Origin: Acidimicrobiia bacterium
GTDB taxonomy: Bacteria > Actinomycetota > Acidimicrobiia > Spongiisociales > JAENVV01
Assembly (NCBI GenBank): GCA_041577335.1
Contig: JBFGJH010000026.1
Span: 1-38,757 of the forward strand
Direction: 5' to 3'
DNA length: 38,757 bases
A program made the position numbers and the translations under genes. The notes beneath the pieces were generated by a model. It was not told the origin of the DNA. It did no database searches and was given only the letters and a program-made list of their open reading frames with translations. This document shows, piece after piece, positions 26,131 through 38,757 of this stretch. Position 1 is the first letter of the stretch; the number at the start of each line of letters is the position of its first letter.

Positions 26131-27242
26131 GTGCTCTACCTCGATCATGCGGCAACCACACCGATGCGTCCCGGCGTCTGGGACGCCATGGCACCATTCG
26201 CCGGGGATGTATTCGGGAACGCCTCCGGCATCCACGGAGTGTCGCGACGCGCCAAAAACGCCCTCGAAGAAGCACGCGAGCAGGCGGCCGGCCTCTTGCA
26301 TGCTCGGCCGCAAGAGATCGTTTTCACCGCGGGAGGCACCGAGGCAGACAATCTCGCCGTGAAAGGAGTGGGCCTTCGCCATCGAGACCGGCAGGTCGTG
26401 GCGTCGGGCATCGAGCATGAGGCGGTTGTCGAATCGGTGGCATTCCTCGACTCGCTGGGCGTTCCCACCGCAGTCCTGCCCGTCACCAGCGACGGCGTCG
26501 TCGACCTGGACGCACTGCCCCAGATCGTGGCCGGAGCGAGTCTGATGTCGCTGATGCTGGCCAACAACGAGACGGGGGTGGTTCAGCCGGTGGCAGCCGC
26601 CGCCGTTGCGGCTCGTGCGGCGCATCCCGACATCGTCGTGCACACGGATGCTGTGCAGGCGTTTTCGTCTCATGCGCTGGATGTCTCGAGCCTGGGCGTC
26701 GACCTCTTGTCTCTGGCTGGGCACAAATTCGGTGGCCCCAAGGGCGTCGGAATCCTCTATGTGAGGTCAGGAGTCGAACTCGAGCCAGTGCTGCACGGCG
26801 GCGGGCAGGAGTTGGGAAGGCGCTCTGGCACACACAATGTGATGGGCGCCGTCGGTATGGTCGCCGCCATGCAGTTGGCGTCAGACGACCGGGCTCGTTT
26901 CGTCGAGCGCACCGCTCGGGAGCGATCTGCACTCGAAGCGGAGCTGCTCGAAGTCGGTGCGCTCATCACCGGAAAGGACGTCGATCGGCTGCCGCAGCAT
27001 TCCCACTTCCGGCTGCCAGGCCATCTCAGCGAGACGCTCCTCATTCGCCTCGATTCGATCGGCGTGGCCGCGTCGGCGGGCAGCGCCTGTCAGTCAGGAG
27101 CGGTCACTCCGTCCCACGTCACGACGGCCATGGGATGGGACACATTCGCAGCTGGGGAATCACTCCGTTTCACGTTCGGATGGGACAGTCAACCGGGCGA
27201 TGGCCTCACAGCTGCGGCCGCAGTGATCGAAGCGGCACGCTC

Positions 27243-27246
<4 letters not shown>
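26131..27246 (+). CDS. iscS: Cysteine desulfurase (IscS/NifS-like)
   Basis: YLDHAATT, GGTEADN, IEH, ANNETG, HTDAVQ, GHKFGGPKG (PLP Lys), SAGSAC motifs. Start is GTG 26131 or TTG 26125. Confidence 0.9.
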
Positions 27247-30794
<3,548 letters not shown>

Positions 30795-30863
30795 GAGTCG
30801 GCAAGTGTATCGGCGGACCCAACCTGTCGGGCATCGGCTCTCTCCGGCCTACACTCACCGGCC

Positions 30864-32009
30864 ATGCATATCAACCCGGTCCTGGCTGACCTCGGATCGT
30901 CCCCGATGGCGGATATTCACGACCGTGCACGGGCTATGCGCACCCAAGGCGTGGCGCTGATCGACTTCTCGATCGGAGATCCACGAGAGCCCACGCCCGA
31001 GTTCATCCCGGCCGCGTTGCGCGATGCCGTCCCGGAGATCTCCCAGTATCCAACGACGGCCGGCATGGCCGAGACACGCCAGGCAGTGGCCGGATACGTG
31101 CTGCGGCGGTTTGGCCGCACCGTCGACCCGAGCACGCAGGTCATTCCGACCGCCGGTGCCAAAGAGGCCATCTTCTCGACGCCCTTGGCCTTTCTCGATC
31201 GGGCGGGCCGGAGGACGGTGGTCTACGCCAGTCCCGGCTACGCAACCTACGAGCGCGGTACCAAGCTGGCCGGTGGTGTGCCGTTCGAAGTGCGCCTCTC
31301 CGGCGATTTCCGCTTCCGCGCTTCGACCATCCCGCCAGAGATATGGGACGAAGCCGTGCTGGTGTGGATCAACTCCCCCCATAACCCGTCGGGTGCCGTC
31401 TCCACGCGGGAGGAGCTCCAAGAGTTCTATGACACTGCTCGGGCGTCGGACACGCTCCTGTGTGCTGACGAGTGCTACGCCGACGTGTACGTCGACGATC
31501 CGCCCGCCTCGGTGCTCGATGTGGCTGACAGCGAGTTGACGGGCGTGCTGTCGTTTCTCAGCCTCAGCAAGCGGTCGGGAATGACCGGGTATCGGGCGGC
31601 AGCCATCGTGGGTGACTCCGCCGCCGTGGGCGTGCTCAAGAACCTTCGGTCGGCCACTGGCACAGCCTCGCCGGAGTTTGTCCAGGCGGCCGCCATCGCC
31701 GGCTGGAGCGACGATGCCCATGTTTCGCCACGGCGTGAGGTATTCGCCGCCAAACGAGCCATCCTCCGGGATGTCTTCGCCAGCCATGGTTACCCGACCG
31801 TCGCTTCCGACGCCGGTTTGTACCTGTGGGTCGAGGTCGACGACGACGAGGCGATGGCCAGGGATCTTCTCGAACACCACATCGTCGTTTCGCCGGGGAG
31901 GGTCTTCGGGCATGGCGGCGAGGGTCACATCAGGTTGGCGTTGGTGCCGACGCTGGAAGAATGCCGAGAAGCTGTGGAGGTCTTGAACGCATGTCTGACG
32001 AATCGCTGA
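30864..32009 (+). CDS. dapC: Class I/II PLP aminotransferase, probable N-succinyldiaminopimelate aminotransferase
   Basis: FSIGDPREPT, GAKEA, NSPHNPSG, DECY, SLSKRSGMTGYR motifs; first gene of the dapD-dapE operon. Confidence 0.85.
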   Translation: MHINPVLADLGSSPMADIHDRARAMRTQGVALIDFSIGDPREPTPEFIPAALRDAVPEISQYPTTAGMAETRQAVAGYVLRRFGRTVDPSTQVIPTAGAKEAIFSTPLAFLDRAGRRTVVYASPGYATYERGTKLAGGVPFEVRLSGDFRFRASTIPPEIWDEAVLVWINSPHNPSGAVSTREELQEFYDTARASDTLLCADECYADVYVDDPPASVLDVADSELTGVLSFLSLSKRSGMTGYRAAAIVGDSAAVGVLKNLRSATGTASPEFVQAAAIAGWSDDAHVSPRREVFAAKRAILRDVFASHGYPTVASDAGLYLWVEVDDDEAMARDLLEHHIVVSPGRVFGHGGEGHIRLALVPTLEECREAVEVLNACLTNR

Positions 32010-32797
32010 TCCAGGCGGCGTACGCCGATCACGACCTGATCGGGGACGCCCGCCAAGCCGTCGAACGGACAATCGCGATGCTCGATCGAGGAGAGCTTCG
32101 GGTGGCCGAGAAGATAGGTGGAGAATGGATCGTCAACGAGTGGGTGAAGCAAGCGATCCTGCTGTATTTCCGGATGACGACGCTCGTCACGATGCAAGCG
32201 GGCCCGTTCGAGTACCACGACAAGATCCCCACCAAGAAGGATCTGGCCGGACAAGGTGTCCGGGTGGTTCCGCCCGGCACGGTTCGCTACGGCGCGTATT
32301 GCGAGCCAGGCGTCGTGGTGATGCCCGGCTACGTCAATATCGGGGCGCACGTGGGCGCCGGCACGATGGTTGACACGTGGGCGACGGTCGGTTCCTGTGC
32401 CCAAATCGGTAAGAGCGTTCATCTTTCGGGAGGCGTCGGCATCGGGGGAGTTCTCGAACCGCCCAACGCCACACCCGTGATCATCGAAGACGGAGCATTC
32501 ATCGGCAGCCGGTCCATCGTCACCGAGGGCGCCCACATAGGGGCAGGAGCCATCTTGGGCGCCAACACCACGCTCACCGCTTCGATACCGATCTACGACG
32601 TGACAACGCCGGCCCGGGCCGAGTATCGGGGACACGTCCCCGATCGAGCGGTCGTTGTCCAGGGCACCCGGCCAAGGGAGTTCCCGGGTGGGACCGCATA
32701 TCTCCAATGCGCATACATCATCGGGTACCGGTCCGAGGAGACCGACGAAAAGGTGAGTCTCAACGATGCGCTCCGCACCTTTGGTGTCTCCGTGTGA
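31991..32797 (+). CDS. dapD: Tetrahydrodipicolinate N-succinyltransferase
   Basis: WVKQAILLYF, RVVPP, YVNIGA, MVDTWATVGSCAQIG, HLSGGVGIGGVLEP motifs. Confidence 0.95.
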   Translation: MSDESLIQAAYADHDLIGDARQAVERTIAMLDRGELRVAEKIGGEWIVNEWVKQAILLYFRMTTLVTMQAGPFEYHDKIPTKKDLAGQGVRVVPPGTVRYGAYCEPGVVVMPGYVNIGAHVGAGTMVDTWATVGSCAQIGKSVHLSGGVGIGGVLEPPNATPVIIEDGAFIGSRSIVTEGAHIGAGAILGANTTLTASIPIYDVTTPARAEYRGHVPDRAVVVQGTRPREFPGGTAYLQCAYIIGYRSEETDEKVSLNDALRTFGVSV

Positions 32798-33846
32798 TGG
32801 CTGATTCGCTCACCGACACGTTGCAATGGCTGGTCGACATCCCGTCCGTCATCGGCGAAGAGGCCGCGATATGCACCGAGCTCGATCGGCGGATCGAGGC
32901 GGCGGGCATCGAGACAGTTCGGTACGGTAACGGCCTCGTGGCCGGCGCACGCACAGGCAAGCCGCTGCTGCTTCTCGTTGGTCACATCGACACGGTCCCG
33001 GACCAAGGCCAGGGACCGGCGCGAATCGAGGGTGATCGATTGCATGGGCTCGGGTCGACGGACATGAAATCCGGAGTGGCGGTGATGCTCCACCTACTCG
33101 AATCGGATGATGTCCGCGGTGGGCCATACGATGTCGTCGGCGTCTTCTACGACCAGGAGGAAGGGCCGGTCGCGAACAATCAGCTCGCCCCGATCCTCGA
33201 TGACCAGCCCTGGCTGTGCGACGCTGAGTTTGCCATCGTGCTGGAGCCAACAGACATGCGCATCGAGCTCGGGTGCAACGGGGCGATGAATGTGGTGTGC
33301 CGTTTCTTTGGCAAATCGGCCCATGGCGCCCGTCCCTGGCTCGGAGTGAACGCAATCACCAGAGCGGTTCCCCTCTTGGGGGTCTTTGCGGATCACGAGC
33401 CCATCCCCTTCGAGCAGGCGGGTCATGTCTTCTACGAAACCATGACGGTCTCCATGGCGTCTGGCGGAATCTCACGCAACGTTGTGCCCGGACAGTTCGA
33501 GTTCAACGTGAACTACCGGTTTCCCCCGACGATGACCATCAGCGAAGCCGAATCCCGATTCCGAGAGTTTGCCCAACTCGCCGACGAGCTGGAGTTCGTG
33601 GACAGGGCCCCGGCTGCGCCGATCCCCGAAGACAACCCTCACCTCGATCGGTTGGCGAAGCTGTCGGGTGCGGAACTCGCTCCGAAGCAAGCATGGACCG
33701 ATGTTGCCCGCCTCGAGCAATATGGGATACCAGCAGTCAATTACGGGCCGGGAGAAGTGGCGCTTGCCCATCAGGCAGAGGAGAGCGTCCCCCTCGCCAA
33801 TCTCGGAATCGTCTTCGAACACCTGAAAGCGTTCTTCGCCGGCTGA
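32797..33846 (+). CDS. dapE: Succinyl-diaminopimelate desuccinylase (M20)
   Basis: GHIDTV, GLGSTDMK, EE, LEPT, SAHGARPWLGVNA, WTDVAR, YGPG...AH motifs. Confidence 0.92.
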   Translation: MADSLTDTLQWLVDIPSVIGEEAAICTELDRRIEAAGIETVRYGNGLVAGARTGKPLLLLVGHIDTVPDQGQGPARIEGDRLHGLGSTDMKSGVAVMLHLLESDDVRGGPYDVVGVFYDQEEGPVANNQLAPILDDQPWLCDAEFAIVLEPTDMRIELGCNGAMNVVCRFFGKSAHGARPWLGVNAITRAVPLLGVFADHEPIPFEQAGHVFYETMTVSMASGGISRNVVPGQFEFNVNYRFPPTMTISEAESRFREFAQLADELEFVDRAPAAPIPEDNPHLDRLAKLSGAELAPKQAWTDVARLEQYGIPAVNYGPGEVALAHQAEESVPLANLGIVFEHLKAFFAG

Positions 33847-33860
33847 GCTCGTATTGCCGA

Positions 33861-35303
33861 TCAGTCGCCGGCGACCGCCGCCAGCCAATCGCCGTTTTGG
33901 GTAATGAGAACCCGCATGCCGACATATCCGTTTGAGCGGAAGAAATCGACTTCCTCTTCGTTGTAGATCGGGACAATGGCTTCCCAGTCGGCCTCCGTCG
34001 GGTTGTCCTGAAATGCGCCCGGCCAGGTGTATACCGTGTTGCCTTCATCGTCGATCGATGTGGTGTACGGCGTGTCGAGAACCGCAACGATCTGAGCAAG
34101 GACGTCTTCGCGATTCTGTTCTGCCTGCACCCAGGTGCGGAGCGGCGACGTACTGCCTCCGAGGTCGTGCACGAAACCGGGCGCGGTCAACTCCTCGAGG
34201 GCGTCGTAGTCGCACTGCGTTGCTGCTTCGACAATCTCTGTCCTGATGAACGCCACCGGGGCGGGCAGGCCCTCCTGAGCCATCGGTCGGACCGCCAGAC
34301 CCTCGGCTGAACATCGCTCACCAGGCTCGCGAATCCCGCCGAGAAACGCTGTCTCGGGAACGCTGACGGGGCCAAAGAGGAGGGTTGCCCCTCGGAGCCC
34401 CGGTCCGGGATCGACCGTCACCGCGCTTGCGTCCACACCTATCAGCTGGAGCTTGCCGTCGACGCCAATGGCAACGGTGTCGCCGTCAAAGTCATAGACG
34501 GCCGATATCGAGCCGTCGGTTGGCGTCAGGTCGGCGTTGTTGGAATGTTCATCGACTTCGAAGTACGAGACGCCACCGTCTTGGGCGAGAGCCAACGATC
34601 GTGAGCCATCCGCGGCGAGATGAGCATCGGTGACCCCGGCCGCACAGTCCCATGTGCCCAATTCGTCCCCAGAAACATCGAAGAGCGAGGCGGTTGTGCA
34701 CCCCGTCGAACGCTCGACCACCGCGACGAGATCGCCCGAGAAGGTTCCGTCGGTGAGGTTCTCCCCTGACGCAACCTCAGACGGGCTTCCCCCGGCGAGC
34801 GGAAGTGCTTGGAGTCGTCCGACTCCATCTCCGGTTTCGAGATAGAGGATTTGTGGAAGACCCTGGAAAAGGCCGACGTCGACGAGACGAATACGGCGAT
34901 TCTCCGGTGCTGACGTGATCACCGTGGGGCTCGACGCGCCCGCCCGCAGGTGGAGCACGGCATCGCTTGGGAACGGCGAAACGGCCCGGGTGTACTGGTA
35001 CACGATGCCTCCGTTGCCGTCGCCAAACGCCACTCTGATCGGTATCTCAAAATCGGCTAGGAGGTCGACGGTGGTGCCGTCGGCGTTTCGGACCAAGAGC
35101 CGATCGCGGAACATCAAGAGCAGCGCCGGACCCAAGCTCGTCTGCTCCGGAGTCGTCGTGGTCACGGGAGCGTTGAGGCCCGTTGTTGTGGTCGAGGCTG
35201 GCGGCGGGGCCGCAGTGGTAGTCGTGACGGTGTCGTCCCTGGCAGCCGGCGTGCACGCCACGAGGAGCAACAAGGCCACGACCGACGCCCTGTGAAACTT
35301 CAT
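33861..35303 (-). CDS. Hypothetical lipoprotein
   Basis: Lipobox LVAC, Thr/Pro linker, beta-rich middle region and a distinct C-terminal domain; TACCAT 6 nt before the ATG. Confidence 0.75.
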   Translation of the reverse strand: MKFHRASVVALLLLVACTPAARDDTVTTTTAAPPPASTTTTGLNAPVTTTTPEQTSLGPALLLMFRDRLLVRNADGTTVDLLADFEIPIRVAFGDGNGGIVYQYTRAVSPFPSDAVLHLRAGASSPTVITSAPENRRIRLVDVGLFQGLPQILYLETGDGVGRLQALPLAGGSPSEVASGENLTDGTFSGDLVAVVERSTGCTTASLFDVSGDELGTWDCAAGVTDAHLAADGSRSLALAQDGGVSYFEVDEHSNNADLTPTDGSISAVYDFDGDTVAIGVDGKLQLIGVDASAVTVDPGPGLRGATLLFGPVSVPETAFLGGIREPGERCSAEGLAVRPMAQEGLPAPVAFIRTEIVEAATQCDYDALEELTAPGFVHDLGGSTSPLRTWVQAEQNREDVLAQIVAVLDTPYTTSIDDEGNTVYTWPGAFQDNPTEADWEAIVPIYNEEEVDFFRSNGYVGMRVLITQNGDWLAAVAGD

Positions 35304-35319
35304 GAGGGCATGGTACGGG

Positions 35320-36681
35320 CTACGCGCCGATAGCGTCCTCGTATGCCTCGACGTACCTGCGCGCTGCTCGCTTCCACGAGAAGTCCGACGTCATGCCGCG
35401 GCGCATGAGATACGACCACATGGCGGGATCGCGCTCAAACGTGCGCTGGGCACGCCGGATCGTCTTGGTGAGCTCGATGGGCTCGAAGAGCCTGAACCCA
35501 AAACCTGTCGCCTCGGTCGGTCGCTCGTCGATGTCCACGACGGTATCGGCCAGGCCGCCGGTGAGATGGACGATCGGAACTGCTCCATACCGCATCGCAT
35601 ACATTTGTCCGATCCCACACGGCTCGAACCGGGACGGCATCAGGTAGGCATCCGCGCCGGCCGAGACCATGCGGCTCAGCTCCTCTGAGTATTCGGCATG
35701 CCACACCGCGTTGGGATGCCGGTCCGCCCATCCATCGACCAGCTCGTCGAGCTCGCCGTTGCCGACGAGCACGAACCGAACTCCCGACTCGACAAGCGCG
35801 TCGAGTGATCCGTCGAGCAGCCCGAGGCCTTTTTGTTCGGACATACGTCCGACATTGCCCAGCAGGAACCCGCCGTCGAGGCCGCTGCGCTCGAGGAGCA
35901 CTTCCCGAGCTGCCGACCTGCCCTTGAGATCTTTTTCGGAGAACGGCTCAGGGAGTCCGGGGTCGGTTGCCGGATCCCACGCCGTGGCGTTGATTCCGTT
36001 CGTGATGCCGCGTATGGGCGTTTGCAGAGATGAGATCACCCGGTCGAGGCCGCTGGAGATGGAGGCGTCGTGGCCGAGTTGCTTTGCAAACGTGGGGCTC
36101 ACAGTTGTCACCACGTCGGCTCCGGCGATTCCCGCCTTGAGGTAGTTGGCCTGGCCCCACCACTCCAAAGGACCCTCCGCCTGCACGGCCGCAGGTGGCG
36201 CATGCACGAGAGCTGCGGCAGCGTCGAGGGGCCCGATGATCCCGTATGCGGCGTTGTGGATGGTGAACACGGTTGGGATGGGCGCAGTGAGCGCGGCCGG
36301 CCCGGTGTGCGCATCGTGAATGTGGAGCACGTCGAATTCGGCGGATAGGCGGGCGACCGCCGAGCTGAATGCTCCGAAGCGAACCCATTGATCGGCGTAG
36401 GCGGTGCCGTGCTCATCCCCATAGATGCCGGCTCGGTCGAAGAGCTCGGGCTCGTCGAACGCCATGACCTCGACATCGCCTGAGCGCCATGCGCGGAACG
36501 CCACGCCATCGTGCCCGTTGCGAGCGACTCCTTCGTCCCGAAGATGCCGGTACGCGGGCATGACCACGGTGACCTCATGGCCCAGCGAAGCCACCCCCTC
36601 GGCGATGCCGGCAATCACCTCGCCCAGACCACCGGTTCGAGCAAACGGCGACATTTCGGAGCCCGCCATGAGAATGCGCAT
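35320..36681 (-). CDS. glgA: Glycogen/starch synthase (GT5)
   Basis: RTGGLG, HIHDAHT, FTIHN, TVSPT, GITNG, GRMSEQKG, PSRFEPCG..QMYAMRYG, TGGLADTV, FSW motifs. Confidence 0.92.
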   Translation of the reverse strand: MRILMAGSEMSPFARTGGLGEVIAGIAEGVASLGHEVTVVMPAYRHLRDEGVARNGHDGVAFRAWRSGDVEVMAFDEPELFDRAGIYGDEHGTAYADQWVRFGAFSSAVARLSAEFDVLHIHDAHTGPAALTAPIPTVFTIHNAAYGIIGPLDAAAALVHAPPAAVQAEGPLEWWGQANYLKAGIAGADVVTTVSPTFAKQLGHDASISSGLDRVISSLQTPIRGITNGINATAWDPATDPGLPEPFSEKDLKGRSAAREVLLERSGLDGGFLLGNVGRMSEQKGLGLLDGSLDALVESGVRFVLVGNGELDELVDGWADRHPNAVWHAEYSEELSRMVSAGADAYLMPSRFEPCGIGQMYAMRYGAVPIVHLTGGLADTVVDIDERPTEATGFGFRLFEPIELTKTIRRAQRTFERDPAMWSYLMRRGMTSDFSWKRAARRYVEAYEDAIGA

Positions 36682-38387
36682 CAGTTGATCACCTCGATGT
36701 TGAAGGAGTAGCTGCCCGAGCCTTCAGTCGGATAGGAGAGCCACAAGAGTACGCCCTGGTGGGTTGTCGTCGAGACGCCACTCTGGTCGGTGTGCACCGT
36801 CCTGAGCGGGCTCAGCTCGAGGCGTCCCGGAACGGGAAGCGAGATCAGGACCTGACGCTGCCCATCGCCGGCGGTGAGGCGGAAGCGGTGCCCATCGACG
36901 GTGCCGGATTCCGACACGGCAACGTTGACCCCACCATCGATTCGCATGACTGCCTCCGAATCGATGGCGAGGGGGAAGAGGGGCCCAAATCGGCCGACGG
37001 GCGCATCGCTGAGTTGATAGGTGAGGTCGATCCTGCGGCCCGACGCCTTCAGTGTCTTGAGAACCTGTTCGGAAGTGAATTCGACGGTTACCTCCCCGCG
37101 CCCTGCGACCGGCTCGGCCATGTCGTATGCGGGGGACCGACCGGTCTCCCACCGGTCCTCGAAGGCGAGCACGTGGTAATCCGGCCATCCGACATCCGTT
37201 ACGGGCCAGACCGATGGTTTGTCATCGAAGTAGTAGAGGCCGGCTCGATCGGTGGCTGCCACCCATGATTGGTTGGGCAGTTCCACATAGAGATCGAGCC
37301 GCCCGTCAGCCCGCCAATCGATCACGTCAACCTCAGCCCACCCGGATCGGCGGGGGTCGTGAGCGACCCGGGCGGCGATCAGCTCTTCCGATATGGCGTT
37401 GCGCAGATATGGGATCCGAGATCCGCCGAAAGCGCCATGCCAGTAGGCGTCGTTGCATTGGGCGCGCAGAAGGTGTCGTCTGGCGTCCTCGTTGGAACGG
37501 CGTAGGAGTCGCGACATGTGCTCCATTCGCCGAAACAGGATGGCTGACTCATGTCGTTGGTACGCCAGCCGCTGCCAGTGACCACCCGACCAATCCATCA
37601 TCTCGGAATAGGAACATGGGCCCAGGGCCAGATGGCCTCCGGACCGGACAGCGGTATAGGCATCGGCGAGCGTCGTCAGTTCCAGGTGATCGTGGCGATC
37701 GATCTCTGTGAAGAACTGCCTCAGCCATCGGGGGGAGTAGGTGTTGCTCCAATGTCCGAGCTTCTCCCCGTCGTCGGCGAAGACCACGACTCCGGCAGGA
37801 TCTTGTGCGGCATATCGCTCCAGGAGAGCGATCACATCTTCTACGGGCCAATCGGGAATGGCGTGCCGGAGCTCTTGGCTGATGAAGAAAGCAGTGACGG
37901 TGCGACCGTGGTATTCGAGCGTGTACGGTCGGGTGGCAGGCAGGTCCGGCGGAAGGTTTTCGCCATCGAGGATCGTGTAGGCGATGTCGTGGCGGTGGAG
38001 GGTGCCGGCGAGACTCGGCTCCCACCAGCGCTCACCGAGCCACACGCCCCGTGGCAAGTCTCCCGTGAGCTCTTCGAGCCGGCTCTGGCCGAGCGTGAGT
38101 TGTTCGACCCGGTCGTTCTCGGGGATGGCCGCCAGTATGGGCTCGTACCAACCACCCCCGAGCATCTCCAGTTGCTCGGATTCGGCGAATCGGGCGGCTA
38201 CGTCGGGCTCGTGCGCCAGCCACCACTCCCATAGCGGGCCGGAATTGTGGACAACCGCACGCGTGGCTTCGGGTGCCGCTTCGATGGCACTCAGAAACGG
38301 TAGATAGGCCTCGGTGGTGGCAGCTGCCACCACCTGGTCGAGGTTGCCGATCGGCTGATGATTGTGCAAGGCAAAGACGACCTTCAC
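36681..38387 (-). CDS. GH57 alpha-amylase / 4-alpha-glucanotransferase
   Basis: GTG start after GAGGAG; HNHQP, GGWYEPIL, WLGERWWEP (nucleophile Glu), DDGEKLG (acid/base Asp), AQCNDAYWHGAFGG motifs. Confidence 0.88.
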   Translation of the reverse strand: MKVVFALHNHQPIGNLDQVVAAATTEAYLPFLSAIEAAPEATRAVVHNSGPLWEWWLAHEPDVAARFAESEQLEMLGGGWYEPILAAIPENDRVEQLTLGQSRLEELTGDLPRGVWLGERWWEPSLAGTLHRHDIAYTILDGENLPPDLPATRPYTLEYHGRTVTAFFISQELRHAIPDWPVEDVIALLERYAAQDPAGVVVFADDGEKLGHWSNTYSPRWLRQFFTEIDRHDHLELTTLADAYTAVRSGGHLALGPCSYSEMMDWSGGHWQRLAYQRHESAILFRRMEHMSRLLRRSNEDARRHLLRAQCNDAYWHGAFGGSRIPYLRNAISEELIAARVAHDPRRSGWAEVDVIDWRADGRLDLYVELPNQSWVAATDRAGLYYFDDKPSVWPVTDVGWPDYHVLAFEDRWETGRSPAYDMAEPVAGRGEVTVEFTSEQVLKTLKASGRRIDLTYQLSDAPVGRFGPLFPLAIDSEAVMRIDGGVNVAVSESGTVDGHRFRLTAGDGQRQVLISLPVPGRLELSPLRTVHTDQSGVSTTTHQGVLLWLSYPTEGSGSYSFNIEVIN

Positions 38388-38757
38388 CTCGGCTCCTCTC
38401 ATCTGACCCGGTCGGAGACCGGCTGCTTTGGTGATGCCCCGAACGCTAGTGGCCCCAATACCGAGTTGGGCTCCTCCGGCACCTTCATCGCGTACGACGC
38501 GTGGTCCGGCTATGGTCGCGGGATTCCGTTGTGCGGAGCTGGGATGGCTGAGAACACATCGCCGTACGGCATTCATCACGCGCACGCTCCGGCGGAAGTT
38601 GGCGCAACATCGAACGCCTCCGCGGCGCGTTTGTCGTACGCCCTGTCGGCGGCGAGTTGGTTCTCAGCGGAAACGCATGTCGACGGCGGCGACCCGGCAT
38701 GACTCGGCTCATGCATCCACTGGCGGCTTCTCATCGCATCGAGGGATCATCCGGCGA

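Noticed and set aside
38388..38757. ORFs 38358-38702 (+) and 38485-38712 (-), and the upstream extension of the GH57 ORF to 38585
   Set aside because: No recognisable motifs or convincing start signals; treated as intergenic or unresolved at the window edge.

Overview
High-GC, gene-dense bacterial chromosomal segment, most likely from an actinobacterium (Acidimicrobiia-like). This is an inference from Ni-SOD sodN/sodX, an Asp-type MurA and many TANNNT -10 boxes lying directly before start codons. The main feature is a compact 9-gene bacterial microcompartment (BMC) operon at 8866-14156 of the sugar-phosphate-utilisation (SPU) type. It encodes RpiB, DeoC and an acylating aldehyde dehydrogenase, each with an N-terminal encapsulation-peptide-like helix, plus one BMC-H, two BMC-T and three BMC-P shell proteins. 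It has no phosphotransacylase, alcohol dehydrogenase or kinase. A winged-helix gene with a palindrome inside its promoter precedes it. Several proteins deviate at key residues: BMC RpiB catalytic Cys->Asp, BMC-H pore-proximal Lys->Glu, PduT-like Cys->His, and SodN Ni-hook Pro->Phe. The rest is housekeeping and accessory genes: an OFA-family MFS, an ABC-2 transporter, metG, two AlkA-like glycosylases, pgl, an acyl-CoA ligase, a second rpiB, murA, a NifU-domain protein, meaB, an enoyl-CoA hydratase, iscS-mnmA-ligA, dapC-dapD-dapE, glgA and a GH57 glucanotransferase. I saw no rRNA, tRNA, CRISPR array or mobile element. All family calls come from motif recognition by eye; no database searches were run.
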